Program-made: the position numbers and the translations under genes
Assembly: GCA_035936835.1 (NCBI GenBank)
Contig: DASYVT010000209.1
Span: 11,627 to 75,626, forward strand
Length of the DNA: 64,000 nucleotides
Origin: Candidatus Methylomirabilota bacterium
GTDB taxonomy: Bacteria; Methylomirabilota; Methylomirabilia; Rokubacteriales; CSP1-6
Reading direction: 5' to 3'
In this document: in pieces, positions 21,383 to 37,217 of the stretch
Layout: each line of letters starts with the position of its first letter
How positions within the stretch are numbered: position 1 is the first letter of the stretch
Notes under the pieces: generated by a model
The model's input: only the letters and a program-made list of their open reading frames with translations
What the model was told of the DNA's origin: nothing
Databases searched by the model: none

Positions 21383-22279
21383 ATGGACGTGGTCCGCGAG
21401 TTTTTCGCCGCCCTGCAGACGGAGCGGGGCGCCTCACCCCACACGCTCGCCGCCTACCGCCGCGACCTCGCCGGGTTCACCGCGTTCCTCGGTCGGCGCC
21501 GGCGCTCAGTGGCGACGGCGCGCGTGGACGACCTCAGCGACTATCTCGAGGACTTGAGGCGCCGCGGGCTCGGGGCTCGGACCGCGGCGCGGCATCTCTC
21601 CGCCGTCCGCGGCTTCTATCGCTTTCTCCTGGCCTCGGGTGAGATCCGGCGGGACCCGACCGAGCACCTCGAATCGCCGCGCCCGCCGCGCAGGCTGCCG
21701 CGCACGCTCTCGATCGAAGACGCGGGGGCTCTCGTCGAGTCGCCGGATCTCTCTGCCCCGGAGGGCCTTCGGGACCGCGCCATGCTCGAGCTGCTCTACG
21801 CCTCAGGGCTGCGGGCCTCGGAGTGCCTGACGCTCAGGCTCGAGGACTGGAACGTCACGGCGGGGTACGTCACGGCCACCGGCAAGGGCAGCCGCCAGCG
21901 CCTCGTGCCGGTCGGCGCCCAGGCGCTCCGGTGGGTGGAGCGCTACGTGTCCACGTCCCGCCCAGGCATCGTCAGGCGGAGCGACCCAGGGACCCTCTTT
22001 CTCAACCGCTACGGCCATCCGCTGTCGCGGCAGTCCCTCTGGTCCGTCATCAAGCGCGCGGCGAGGCGGGCGGGGCTGCGGAGCGCGGTTTCCCCGCACA
22101 CCCTGCGCCATTCCTTCGCGAGCCATCTGCTGGAGCGCGGCGCCGACCTGCGCTCGGTCCAGGCGATGCTCGGTCACGCCGACATCGCGACGACGCAGAT
22201 CTACACCCACCTGCCATCCTCCGCCGTCCGGGCGATGTACCGGAAGTTCCACCCCCGCGCGATCAGCAAGGCGAGCTAG
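21383..22279 (+). CDS. xerD: tyrosine site-specific recombinase XerC/XerD (chromosome dimer resolution)
   Basis: Catalytic R...HxxR...Y signature (HTLRHSFASHLL...TQIYTH). No mobile-element context. Confidence 0.85.
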   Translation: MDVVREFFAALQTERGASPHTLAAYRRDLAGFTAFLGRRRRSVATARVDDLSDYLEDLRRRGLGARTAARHLSAVRGFYRFLLASGEIRRDPTEHLESPRPPRRLPRTLSIEDAGALVESPDLSAPEGLRDRAMLELLYASGLRASECLTLRLEDWNVTAGYVTATGKGSRQRLVPVGAQALRWVERYVSTSRPGIVRRSDPGTLFLNRYGHPLSRQSLWSVIKRAARRAGLRSAVSPHTLRHSFASHLLERGADLRSVQAMLGHADIATTQIYTHLPSSAVRAMYRKFHPRAISKAS

Positions 22280-22282
22280 GAC

Positions 22283-26467
<4,185 letters not shown>

Positions 26468-26471
<4 letters not shown>

Positions 26472-27439
26472 CGGATCGCGAGCGGTTGCTCGCCATGGCC
26501 GATCGGGTGCTGCGCCTCGAAGCCGAGAGCATCGGAGGGCTCCGGAGCCGTCTCGATGATCGTTTCGTGCGGGCGGTCGAGCTGATGCACGGCTGCCGCG
26601 GCCGGGTGATCGTGACGGGGATGGGCAAGTCGGGGCTGATCGGAAGGAAGATCGCTTCCACGCTTGCCAGCACGGGGACACCCGCGTATTTCCTCCATCC
26701 GGCCGAGGGCGTCCACGGCGACATCGGCATGGTGGCAAGAGACGACCTGATCCTGGCCCTGTCCAACTCCGGTGAGACCGACGAGGTCCTGGCCGTGCTG
26801 CCCGCCATCAAGCGGCTCGGCGTGCCGCTCATCCTCCTCACGGGAAGCCCCGCTTCGACGCTGGCGCGGCAGGCGGACGTGATCCTGGACGTGGGCGTCG
26901 CCGAGGAAGCCTGCCCGATGAATCTCGCGCCCACGTCGAGTACGACGGCGGCGCTCGCCATGGGCGATGCTCTCGCCATGGCGCTCCTAGACTTAAAAGG
27001 GCTGGGCCCGGAGGACTACGCCGCGCTTCACCCGCGAGGGGCGCTCGGCTGGCAGTCGCTCTTCCGGGTGCGGGATCTTATGCACACGGGCGATGCCCTG
27101 CCGGTGGTCAGCGAGACGGCGACGATGAAGGAAGCGATCGAGGAGATGGGCGCCAAGCGGCTCGGCATGACGACCGTGGTGGACGGGGCCGGGCGCCTGG
27201 CGGGGATCATCACCGACGGCGACTTGAGACGCCAGCAACTGGCGCATGGGGCGCTTCTCGACCGGCGGGCGGGGGATTGCATGACCGCCAACCCGAAGCG
27301 GATAGGCGCCGACGAGCTCGCCGCCCGGGCGCTGGCGCTCATGGAGGGCGTGATCACGAGCCTTGTCATCACGGACGAAAGCGGCCGCCCCGCCGGCGTC
27401 ATCCACATCCACGATATCCTCCGCGCCAAGATCGTGTGA
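26468..27439 (+). CDS. kdsD: arabinose-5-phosphate isomerase (SIS + CBS domains)
   Basis: GMGKSG SIS motif, C-terminal CBS pair, synteny. Confidence 0.9.
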
Positions 27440-27948
27440 AGACGAAGACTCCGTCCAGAGCCGCGAGGATCCGCCTGCTGGTCCTCGACGTGGACGGCGT
27501 CCTCACCGACGGCGTGCTGGTCTACGGCGCCTCGGGCGAAGAGACCAAGCGCTTCCATGTCAGGGACGGGCTTGCCATACAGGTCGCGCGGCGCGCGGGT
27601 GTCGAGATCGCGGTCGTCTCGGGGCGGGCCTCGGCGGCGGTGACCCGCCGGATGAGCGAGCTTGGAGTCGTCGAGGTGCACCAAGGAGTCGCAGACAAGG
27701 AATCCTTGCTGCGCGGTCTCCTGGCGCGGCTCGGCGTGAAGGCGGCTGAGACCGCCGTTATGGGCGACGACCTGGTCGACTTACCCGTCATGCGCATCGC
27801 CGGACTTGCCATGGCTCCGGCGGACGCGGTACCAGAGGTGCGGCGAGCTTCGGGCTGGGTCTCCCGGTCGGCCGCTGGGCATGGCGCCGTGAGAGAAGCC
27901 GTCGAGTTCCTGCTCCGATCCCGCAAGGCCTGGCCGCCCCGCACGTAG
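27436..27948 (+). CDS. kdsC: KDO-8-phosphate phosphatase (HAD family)
   Basis: LVLDVDGVLTDG HAD motif I. GTG start overlaps the kdsD stop. Confidence 0.8.
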   Translation: MKTKTPSRAARIRLLVLDVDGVLTDGVLVYGASGEETKRFHVRDGLAIQVARRAGVEIAVVSGRASAAVTRRMSELGVVEVHQGVADKESLLRGLLARLGVKAAETAVMGDDLVDLPVMRIAGLAMAPADAVPEVRRASGWVSRSAAGHGAVREAVEFLLRSRKAWPPRT

Positions 27949-28026
27949 GCCTCAAAGCGCGGCGCTGCCGGGCTTTGTTGTTTGCCTGGCCTGTGGTGGT
28001 GTGCTACCGTGGTACCGAAATTGCAT

Positions 28027-28617
28027 ATGGACCGTGCAGCCACCGGAATCGCTCTAGGAGTCATCCTCTTCGTGACGGTCGTGATCGGTGTCCTGATCGT
28101 CAAGGGACATCGCGCCTCGGCCCCCCGGCAAGAAGCCGTGTCCTCGCAAGCCGACCAGGAGATCAAGGAGATCCACATCCAGGAGGACGCCAAGGGCGGG
28201 AGCTATCGCTGGAGCCTCGACGCTGAGCAGGCGGAGTCCTATCCGGGGACCGGTAAGACCGTTCTCCGAAAGGTGACGATCGGGGTTGACGAGCCCGGCA
28301 GGCGCTGGAAGGTGACGAGCGACGAGGGCGACCTCCTCCAGGACACCCGGGACGTCGAGCTGCGCGGCAAAGTCGTGCTGGTGTCCAGCGAGGGGCTGCG
28401 CGTGGAGACGACGGTGCTGCGTTGGAACAACGCCGAGGGAAGGGCGTGGACGGACCAGCCGGTGACCATCTATAAGGGCGGAGGCGTGGTCAAGGGCACC
28501 GGACTCGAAGTCCGGCCCTCCGAAGAGATCACGCTCGTCCACGGGCGTGTCACGGCGACCTTCGGCGGGACCAAGGCGACAGCGGCTCCGGCTCCCGTCA
28601 GGAAGGGCAAATCGTGA
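28027..28617 (+). CDS. lptC: LPS export protein LptC
   Basis: Single N-terminal TM anchor, about 190 aa, position kdsC-lptC-lptA-lptB. Confidence 0.65.
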   Translation: MDRAATGIALGVILFVTVVIGVLIVKGHRASAPRQEAVSSQADQEIKEIHIQEDAKGGSYRWSLDAEQAESYPGTGKTVLRKVTIGVDEPGRRWKVTSDEGDLLQDTRDVELRGKVVLVSSEGLRVETTVLRWNNAEGRAWTDQPVTIYKGGGVVKGTGLEVRPSEEITLVHGRVTATFGGTKATAAPAPVRKGKS

Positions 28618-29264
28618 AGTTGACCATTGCGGCGCCCGCGCTCGGCGTTGCTCTCCTGCCCGCGGTCGGCGTAGCCCTTCTGCCCGCGGTCGGCGTAGCC
28701 CTCATGATAGTCTTCGTGTTCACTGGAATAGCGGCGGCCCAGCAGCAGGGCGCTGTCAAGCCGCGCCCCGCGGCCTCGGGCCCGACGTTGACCCCGCCCG
28801 CGGCGCCGGCTGCCGAAGGCAAGAATGGGCCGGTGATCGTAGACTCCGACAGCCTCGAGAGCATGCAGAAGGAAGGGCTCTCCGTCTTCAAGGGCAACGT
28901 CGTGGCCAAGCAGAACAACTCGGTCCAGTACGCCGACCGGATGGAAGTGTACACGGACTCCCAGACGGACCGCATCGAGCGCGTGGTGTCTACCGGCAAT
29001 GTGCGGATCATCACCCGCGACTGCCGCATGGGAACTGCCAGCCGCACCGAGTACTACGAGGCCGAGCAGCGTGTGGTCCTCATCGGCAACGCGCGGGTGT
29101 GGCAGGGGGCCGACATAGTTACGGGCGAGCGGATCACCCTCTACCTCGCCGAGGACCGGAGCCTGGTCGAGGGAGGGAAGCAGGAGCGCGTCAAGGCCAT
29201 CTTCTACCAGGACCGCCAGAAAACCGAGATTAAGATGGGTCCGAATGGGCCCATATGTCCCTGA
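28614..29264 (+). CDS. lptA: LPS transport periplasmic protein LptA (OstA-like)
   Basis: Signal peptide plus an OstA_N-like beta-jellyroll ([11 protein letters not shown]...[13 protein letters not shown]). Synteny. Confidence 0.75.
   Translation: MKLTIAAPALGVALLPAVGVALLPAVGVALMIVFVFTGIAAAQQQGAVKPRPAASGPTLTPPAAPAAEGKNGPVIVDSDSLESMQKEGLSVFKGNVVAKQNNSVQYADRMEVYTDSQTDRIERVVSTGNVRIITRDCRMGTASRTEYYEAEQRVVLIGNARVWQGADIVTGERITLYLAEDRSLVEGGKQERVKAIFYQDRQKTEIKMGPNGPICP
28657..28704 (+). repeat. 24-bp perfect tandem duplication (LPAVGVAL x2) inside the LptA signal peptide
   Basis: Direct reading of the sequence. Confidence 0.9.
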
Positions 29265-29265
29265 T

Positions 29266-29988
29266 ATGGAAGGCCTGATAGCCCAGGGCTTGAGAAAGAG
29301 GTTTAGGAACCGGCTCGTCGTGGACCGGGTCAGCCTCGACATCCAACGGGGCGAAGTCGTGGGGCTCCTCGGGCCCAACGGCGCCGGCAAGACGACGTCC
29401 TTCTACATGATCGTCGGGCTGCTCCGGGCCGACGGCGGCCGGATCTATCTCGAAGGGCGCGAAGTGACGGACCTGCCGATGTACAAGCGCTGCCGGCTGG
29501 GCATGGGCTACCTGCCTCAGGAATCGTCCGTGTTCCGCAAGCTGACCGTCGAAGAGAACCTGCTGGCCATTCTCGAGACCCTCGACCTCTCCCACGACGA
29601 GCGCCAGGCCAGGCTCCAGGTTCTCTTGGCCGAGCTGGATCTGACCCACCTCGCGCGGCACAAGGCCTACACGCTCTCGGGCGGCGAGCGGCGGCGCCTC
29701 GAGATCACGCGCGCGCTCGTCACGAACCCGCGGTACCTGCTCCTCGACGAGCCGTTCACCGGCGTCGACCCGATCGCCATCGGCGACATCCAGGAGATAG
29801 TCGGCCGGCTCAAGGACCGCGGCATCGGGGTCCTGATCACCGACCACAATGTCCGGGAGACGCTCGCGATCACCGACCGCGCGTACATCCTGCACGACGG
29901 CAAGATCCTGGCCTCCGGCACGGCCAGCGAGCTGGCGAACAACCCCAAGGCACGCGAGATCTACCTCGGCGAGAATTTCTCGCTCTGA
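29266..29988 (+). CDS. lptB: LPS export ABC transporter ATPase LptB
   Basis: Walker A (GPNGAGKTT), LSGGE signature, Walker B (LLLDEP). Confidence 0.9.
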   Translation: MEGLIAQGLRKRFRNRLVVDRVSLDIQRGEVVGLLGPNGAGKTTSFYMIVGLLRADGGRIYLEGREVTDLPMYKRCRLGMGYLPQESSVFRKLTVEENLLAILETLDLSHDERQARLQVLLAELDLTHLARHKAYTLSGGERRRLEITRALVTNPRYLLLDEPFTGVDPIAIGDIQEIVGRLKDRGIGVLITDHNVRETLAITDRAYILHDGKILASGTASELANNPKAREIYLGENFSL

Positions 29989-30014
29989 TGCGTCCCGCCC
30001 GAACCGTCTGACCC

Positions 30015-31475
30015 ATGCGCCTGTCCCTTCGCCAGACCCAGCGGGTCGTCATGACCCCGCTCCTCCAGCAGGCGATCCAGCTGCTGCAGCTCTCCACGCT
30101 CGAGCTCGAGCAGGTCGTGCGCAAAGAGCTCGAGGAGAACCCGCTCCTGGAGGAGCTGCCGGAGGAGACGCAGGACGTGGACGCGGATGCGCAGGCCCCG
30201 AGCGAGCCCGGAGCGCCGGAGATGGAGGCCGCCCCCGCGCCCGTCGAGCCCGTGTCCAAGGAGACCAGCTCCGTGGACGGCGAGCGGGCCGACGAGCTGC
30301 CCTTCGACCTGACACAGGCCGTCTTCGACGAGCCCGAAGAGCGGACGCCCGTGTCCACGGAGGAGCGGGAGGACCTGCCGTTCGAGAACCTGGGACGCAC
30401 GGGCACCTCTCTCGACGAGCACCTGAACGAGCAGCTGCGCTGGGCGTCCGACGATCAGCGGACCGTCGCCATCGGCGAGGCCATCATCGGCAACATCGAC
30501 GACGACGGCTACCTCCGGGCGGGCGTGGACGAGATCGCCCTCGGCATGGGCGCCTCCATCGAAGAGGTGGAGCAGGCCCTCCGGTTGGTGCAGGGGTTCG
30601 ACCCGACGGGCGTGGGCGCCCGCAGCGTGCACGAGTGCCTGCTCCTCCAGCTGACGGCCGACTCCGAGCCCGACCCCGTGTCCGTCGAAATCGTCGAGAA
30701 GCACTTCGAGGACCTCGAGCGGCGCCGCTACACGGAGATCGCGCGAGCGCTCAAGCTGCCGCTCGACCGCGTCATGGAGTCGGTGGAGGAGATCCGGGCG
30801 CTCGAGCCCAAGCCCGGCCGCCGCTTCGCGGTCTCCGACCAGCGCTACATCGCCCCCGACGTCTCGATCCACAAGGTGGGCGAGGATTACGTCGTCGTGC
30901 TCAACGAGGAAGGCATCCCGCGCCTCCGGGTCAACGCGCTGTACCGCTCGCTTCTTCGCCGCTCCGATGGCGACGCCAAGCAATATGTGGAGCAAAAGAT
31001 CCGGTCGGCCGTGTGGCTCATCAAGAGCGTCGAGCAGCGCCAGCGGACGCTTCGGAAGGTGACCCAGAGCCTCGTCAAGTTCCAGCGCGGCTTCCTCGAC
31101 AGGGGCGTCGCCCACCTGCGGCCGCTCGCGCTGCGCGACGTGGGCGAGGACATCGGGATGCACGAGTCTACCATCAGCCGCGTCACCACGAACAAGTACG
31201 TCGAGACGCCGCAGGGGCTGTTCGAGCTGAAGTACTTCTTCCACAGCGGGATCGCCTCGGACAGCGGCGAGATGGTCTCCTCCGTCTCGATCAAGAAGAA
31301 GATCCGCGACATGGTCGCTGCGGAGGACTCGGGCAAGCCGCTCTCCGACCAGGAGGTCGCCCAGGTGCTCCGGGGGCAGGGCTTGAATATCGCCCGACGG
31401 ACCGTCGCCAAGTACCGGGAGGAGCTGGGCATCATGCCCTCCCACCAGCGGCGGCTCGCGCCCAAGAAGCGGTGA
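30015..31475 (+). CDS. rpoN: RNA polymerase sigma-54 factor
   Basis: N-terminal region I (LRQTQRVVMTPLLQQAIQLLQLS), RpoN box (ARRTVAKYRE). Confidence 0.95.
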   Translation: MRLSLRQTQRVVMTPLLQQAIQLLQLSTLELEQVVRKELEENPLLEELPEETQDVDADAQAPSEPGAPEMEAAPAPVEPVSKETSSVDGERADELPFDLTQAVFDEPEERTPVSTEEREDLPFENLGRTGTSLDEHLNEQLRWASDDQRTVAIGEAIIGNIDDDGYLRAGVDEIALGMGASIEEVEQALRLVQGFDPTGVGARSVHECLLLQLTADSEPDPVSVEIVEKHFEDLERRRYTEIARALKLPLDRVMESVEEIRALEPKPGRRFAVSDQRYIAPDVSIHKVGEDYVVVLNEEGIPRLRVNALYRSLLRRSDGDAKQYVEQKIRSAVWLIKSVEQRQRTLRKVTQSLVKFQRGFLDRGVAHLRPLALRDVGEDIGMHESTISRVTTNKYVETPQGLFELKYFFHSGIASDSGEMVSSVSIKKKIRDMVAAEDSGKPLSDQEVAQVLRGQGLNIARRTVAKYREELGIMPSHQRRLAPKKR

Positions 31476-31480
31476 CCGCG

Positions 31481-32371
31481 GTGAGCGCACCCGAGCCCGC
31501 GGCCGTTCCGGCGCTACGGTTCGTGATCATCACCGGCATGTCGGGCGCGGGCCGGAGCTTCGCGATCAAGTGCCTCGAGGACCTCGGCTACTTCTGCGTG
31601 GACAACCTGCCGACGACCCTGATCCCGACCTTCGCGGAGCTCTGCGCACATTCGAGCCGCGACATGCGCCTGATCGCCCTCGGGGTGGACATCCGGGAGG
31701 GCGAGTACCTCGCCCACCTGATGGAGACGCTCGCCGAGCTCCGCGCCCAGGGGCACAAGCCCGAGGTGCTCTTTCTCGAGGCGGCGGAGGAGACCCTGGT
31801 GCGGCGCTACCAGGAGACGCGCCGCCGCCACCCCTTGGCCGCCGACGGGAGCGTCCTCGAGGGCATCCGCGCCGAGCGCCGGGCGCTCGCCAACCTGCGC
31901 GAGAGCGCGGACCAGATCATCGACACCACGGGCCTCTCGGTCCACCAGCTCAAGGAGCGCTTGGTCGAGGGCTACGGGCCCCAGGGGTCGCGTGACGCGC
32001 TGACGGTCTCGCTCATGTCCTTCGGCTTCAAGCACGGGGCGCCCTACGACGCCGACCTCGTCTTCGACGTCCGCTTTCTGCCGAACCCGCACTTCGTGGA
32101 GGGCCTCAAGCGCCTCGACGGCCGCGACTCCCCCGTGGAAGAGTTCGTCATGTCGTTCGAGGAGAGCCACCAGCTGCTGGCGAAAATCGAAGACCTCTTG
32201 CGCTTCCTCCTGCCGCTCTACCGCCGGGAGGGCAAGGCCTACCTGACGGTCGCCCTGGGGTGCACCGGAGGCCGCCACCGCTCGGTGACCCTCGTGGAGC
32301 TGCTTCGGCGCTCCCTCGAGGGCGCGGGCCTGGCGCCCGTGGTGCGGCACCGGGACATCGACCGTGAGTGA
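31481..32371 (+). CDS. rapZ: RNase adapter / nucleotide-binding protein RapZ (YhbJ)
   Basis: P-loop (ITGMSGAGRS) and full-length RapZ similarity. GTG start. Confidence 0.85.
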   Translation: MSAPEPAAVPALRFVIITGMSGAGRSFAIKCLEDLGYFCVDNLPTTLIPTFAELCAHSSRDMRLIALGVDIREGEYLAHLMETLAELRAQGHKPEVLFLEAAEETLVRRYQETRRRHPLAADGSVLEGIRAERRALANLRESADQIIDTTGLSVHQLKERLVEGYGPQGSRDALTVSLMSFGFKHGAPYDADLVFDVRFLPNPHFVEGLKRLDGRDSPVEEFVMSFEESHQLLAKIEDLLRFLLPLYRREGKAYLTVALGCTGGRHRSVTLVELLRRSLEGAGLAPVVRHRDIDRE

Positions 32372-34469
32372 GGGCCTTCGCTTCCTCTTCGGGGTCCACA
32401 ACCACCAGCCCGCCGGAAACTTCGACTCGGTCATCCTGGACGCCGCGCGGTCGGCGTACCACCCGTTCCTCGAAGCCGCGCGCGCCGTCCCCGGGGTCGT
32501 CCTGACCGTGCACTGCTCGGGAGGCCTCCTAGCCTTCCTCCGCGAGCGGGCACGGCCGACCTTCGACCTCCTGGGCCGGCTCGCGGCCGATGGCTGCATC
32601 GAGCTTCTGACGGGCGGCTTCTACGAGCCCATCCTGTCCATGCTCCCGGACGCGGACAAGGTGGGCCAGATCCAGGCGCTGAGCGAGTTCCTGCGCGCGA
32701 ATTTCGGTGTGAAGCCCCGCGGCATGTGGCTGGCCGAGAGGGTTTGGGAGCCGCACATGCCCAAGGCCCTCAGGCGGGCGGGCGTCGAGTTCGTGGTCCT
32801 GGACGACGCGCACTTCGCCTTGGCCGGCCTCGAGCCCGAGTCGCTGGGCGGTTACTATCTGACGGAGGAGCAAGGCGCGACGCTCGCCGTCTTCCCCATC
32901 AGCCAGCGGCTGCGCTACCTCGTGCCCTTTGCCGAGCCGGCGGAGACCATCCGGTATCTCGGAGAGCGGCGGGGCTCGGGAGCGGTGACGCTCTTCGACG
33001 ACGGCGAGAAGTTCGGCGTGTGGCCCGGCACCCACCGCCTGGTCTACGACGAGGGGTGGCTCGCGCGCTTCTTCGCGGCACTCACCGAAGCGCCGGGCAT
33101 CACGCTCTCCACTTTCTCGGCCTGTCTCGACGCGGCGCCGGCGGCCGGACGCGTGTACCTGCCCACGGCCTCCTACGCCGAGATGGGCGAGTGGGCGCTG
33201 CCCGCCCTTCGCGGCGAGGAGCTCGAGGAGGCGCGCGGGCGGCTTCTGGCGCTGCCCGACGGCGGGCGCCTGGCGCGGCTCCTCCGGGGCGGCTTCTGGC
33301 GCAATTTCCTCGTGAAGTATCCGGAGACGGGAGACGCGTACCGGCGCATGTTGCGCCTCTCGGAGCGGCTCCACGACGCGCTGGCGCGGCGCCCGGACGA
33401 CCCGCGGCTTGTCGCCGCGCGCGAAGACCTGTGGCGCGGCCAGGGCAACGACGCGTACTGGCACGGCGTCTTCGGCGGCTGCTACCTGCCGCATCTCCGG
33501 CGCGCCGTTGGGAGCGCGCTCCTGGCCGCTGAGCGGCGGCTCGACGATGCGCTAGGCGCTCCGGCGCTCTCCTGCGCGCGCGACGACGTGGACGGCGACG
33601 GTCGCGCCGAGCTCAGGGTTCGCACGTCCGAGCTGGCCGTGACGCTGCGCCCGGAGGCGGGCGGCACGGTGACGGAGCTCGCCTTCCGCCCGCGCGATCT
33701 CGATATAGCCGGGGTGTTCACCCGACGTCGCGAGATGTATCACGGCCGCGTCAAGGAGAGCGCGGCGTCGGCCGGCGGCGAGGTCACGACCATCCACGCG
33801 GCTCCGGGATCCAAGGAAGAGGGCTTAGCAGACCTGCTCGACTACGACCCGTTCCGGCGCGCGTCGCTTCTCGATGGAGTCTTCGGTCCCGGGGCGCCTC
33901 CCGATCCGCTTGCCCCCTGGGCGGTGGCGCGGGCCGCGATGGGCGAGAGGCCGATGCCGAGCGAGATCGTCGAGCGGAGCGGCGAGGTCGAGATCGCGCT
34001 CGGCCCGACGGCCCTCGACAGCCTGCCGCTCGCCGTCGAGAAGCGGATACGAATCGGGGCGGAAGGCGCCGGGCTCCGCGCCCGCTACAGCCTCACGTGG
34101 CGCGGCGACGAGGCGTTCGAGGGCACGTGGGCCGTACAGCTCAATCTCGCGCTGACGGCGGGCGACGCCCCGGGGCGGTACTACCGGCTCCCGGGCTCGC
34201 CCTCTCTGGGCTCGCGCGGCTCACTCGCCCGCGCGGCGAGTCTCACCCTGGTAGACGAGTGGATCGGCTGCGAGGTCGAGATCGCATGGAGCGGCACGGG
34301 CGGCGTCGGCTGGGCCCCGATCGAGACGGTGTCGCTTTCCGAAGCCGGATTCGAGCGGATCTATCAGGGCTCGGCCGTCCTTGTCAGCTGGCCATTGGCG
34401 CTGGCGCCCGGGGGGTCGTGGGAGGGCGAGCTTCGCATCGTCCCGCGCTCGATCCCACGGTCCGACTAA
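32364..34469 (+). CDS. glycoside hydrolase family 57 protein (alpha-glucan-active; amylase / branching-enzyme-like)
   Basis: N-terminal GVHNHQP motif (the GH57 HxHQP block) and GH57 catalytic-domain topology. The GTG start overlaps the rapZ stop. Confidence 0.8.
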   Translation: MSEGLRFLFGVHNHQPAGNFDSVILDAARSAYHPFLEAARAVPGVVLTVHCSGGLLAFLRERARPTFDLLGRLAADGCIELLTGGFYEPILSMLPDADKVGQIQALSEFLRANFGVKPRGMWLAERVWEPHMPKALRRAGVEFVVLDDAHFALAGLEPESLGGYYLTEEQGATLAVFPISQRLRYLVPFAEPAETIRYLGERRGSGAVTLFDDGEKFGVWPGTHRLVYDEGWLARFFAALTEAPGITLSTFSACLDAAPAAGRVYLPTASYAEMGEWALPALRGEELEEARGRLLALPDGGRLARLLRGGFWRNFLVKYPETGDAYRRMLRLSERLHDALARRPDDPRLVAAREDLWRGQGNDAYWHGVFGGCYLPHLRRAVGSALLAAERRLDDALGAPALSCARDDVDGDGRAELRVRTSELAVTLRPEAGGTVTELAFRPRDLDIAGVFTRRREMYHGRVKESAASAGGEVTTIHAAPGSKEEGLADLLDYDPFRRASLLDGVFGPGAPPDPLAPWAVARAAMGERPMPSEIVERSGEVEIALGPTALDSLPLAVEKRIRIGAEGAGLRARYSLTWRGDEAFEGTWAVQLNLALTAGDAPGRYYRLPGSPSLGSRGSLARAASLTLVDEWIGCEVEIAWSGTGGVGWAPIETVSLSEAGFERIYQGSAVLVSWPLALAPGGSWEGELRIVPRSIPRSD

Positions 34470-34653
34470 ACGCAGTCTCCGGCTGAGCGCGGTTCAGGCT
34501 GAGCGCGCTGCCCGACTGCGCGCCCTCTATGATGCGGCGCGCGGGCATTTCCCTTGAGGCGCGTGACCGCCCATGCTACTCTGCCGCAAGCGCGTCCTGA
34601 GATGGCGCGCGCCGCATCCACTGGACGACGGGGACACGACAAGGAGGAAGACG

Positions 34654-35805
34654 ATGGCGCGTGAGGAGTACCTGTTCACTTCGGAGTCGGTGACCGAGGG
34701 GCATCCGGACAAGATCGCAGACCAGATCTCCGACGCCGTCCTGGACGCTATCCTGGCCCAGGACCCGACGGGGCGCGTGGCGTGCGAGACGCTCCTGACC
34801 ACCGGGCTCGTCGTCGTGGCGGGCGAGATCACCACCTCCTGCTACGTGGACATTCCGAGGATCGCCCGCGAGACCATCAAGGCGGTCGGCTACACGCGCG
34901 CGAAGTATGGCTTCGACTACGAGACCTGCGCTGTGATCACGGCCATCGACGAACAGTCGGGCGACATCGCCATGGGTGTGGACAAGCTGGGCGCCGGCGA
35001 CCAGGGTCTGATGTTCGGCTACGCATGCACGGAGACCGAGGAACTGATGCCGCTGCCCATCATGCTCGCGCACAAGCTGGTGCAGCGCCTGACGGCGGTG
35101 CGGAAGAGCGGCGCGCTCGACTACCTCCGGCCCGACGGCAAGAGCCAGGTGTCGGTGCGCTACGTCGACGGCAAGCCGGTGTCCGTCGAGACCGTGGTCA
35201 TCTCGACCCAGCACAGCCCCAACGTGACGCTGGAGACGATCCGGCAGGACCTGGTCGAGCAGGTCGTGATCCCCACCATTCCGAAGCATCTGATCGACCC
35301 CAAGCGGATCACCTATCACATCAATCCGACCGGGCGCTTCGTCACCGGCGGTCCCATGGGCGACACGGGGCTGACGGGGCGCAAGATCATCGTGGACACC
35401 TACGGCGGCGCGGCCCCGCATGGCGGCGGCGCGTTCTCGGGCAAGGATCCGACGAAGGTGGACCGATCGGCCTGCTATATGGCGCGGCACGTGGCCAAGA
35501 ACATCGTGGCGGCCGGCCTCGCCGAGCGGGCGCAGGTGCATGTGGCATACGCGATCGGCGTCGCCGACCCGGTCTCCATCATGGTGGAGACCTTCGGCAC
35601 GGGAAAGGTGCCGAACCTCAAGCTCGAGCAGATGATCCGTCGGCACTTCGATTTCACGCCGGCGGGCATCATCAAGTACCTCGACTTGCGCCGGCCGATC
35701 TACCGGAAGACGGCCGCCTACGGGCACTTCGGGCGAAGCGAGCCGGAGTTCACCTGGGAGCACACGAACCGGGTCAAGGACCTGCGCGACGACGCGGGTA
35801 TCTGA
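34654..35805 (+). CDS. metK: S-adenosylmethionine synthase
   Basis: [32 protein letters not shown]. Confidence 0.95.
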   Translation: MAREEYLFTSESVTEGHPDKIADQISDAVLDAILAQDPTGRVACETLLTTGLVVVAGEITTSCYVDIPRIARETIKAVGYTRAKYGFDYETCAVITAIDEQSGDIAMGVDKLGAGDQGLMFGYACTETEELMPLPIMLAHKLVQRLTAVRKSGALDYLRPDGKSQVSVRYVDGKPVSVETVVISTQHSPNVTLETIRQDLVEQVVIPTIPKHLIDPKRITYHINPTGRFVTGGPMGDTGLTGRKIIVDTYGGAAPHGGGAFSGKDPTKVDRSACYMARHVAKNIVAAGLAERAQVHVAYAIGVADPVSIMVETFGTGKVPNLKLEQMIRRHFDFTPAGIIKYLDLRRPIYRKTAAYGHFGRSEPEFTWEHTNRVKDLRDDAGI

Positions 35806-35833
35806 GCCCGCATCGACGCGGCAGCGAACAGGT

Positions 35834-37151
<1,318 letters not shown>

Positions 37152-37217
37152 CCGCCGCGAGGCGGATTCGACCGCGATGCCCCCGGCGGATGCGCGCCAG
37201 GGGGCCGGAGGTTCTCC

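Noticed and set aside
21274-22279. xerD as a marker of an integrated mobile element
   Set aside because: It is a full-length XerC/XerD-type chromosomal recombinase. There is no adjacent tRNA, direct repeats, phage or transposase genes, or compositional shift.
34470-34653. Possible SAM riboswitch upstream of metK, or SAH riboswitch upstream of ahcY
   Set aside because: I could not identify the conserved SAM-I/II/V or SAH-element cores by eye. Only generic GC hairpins are present. A covariance-model scan is needed before making any claim.
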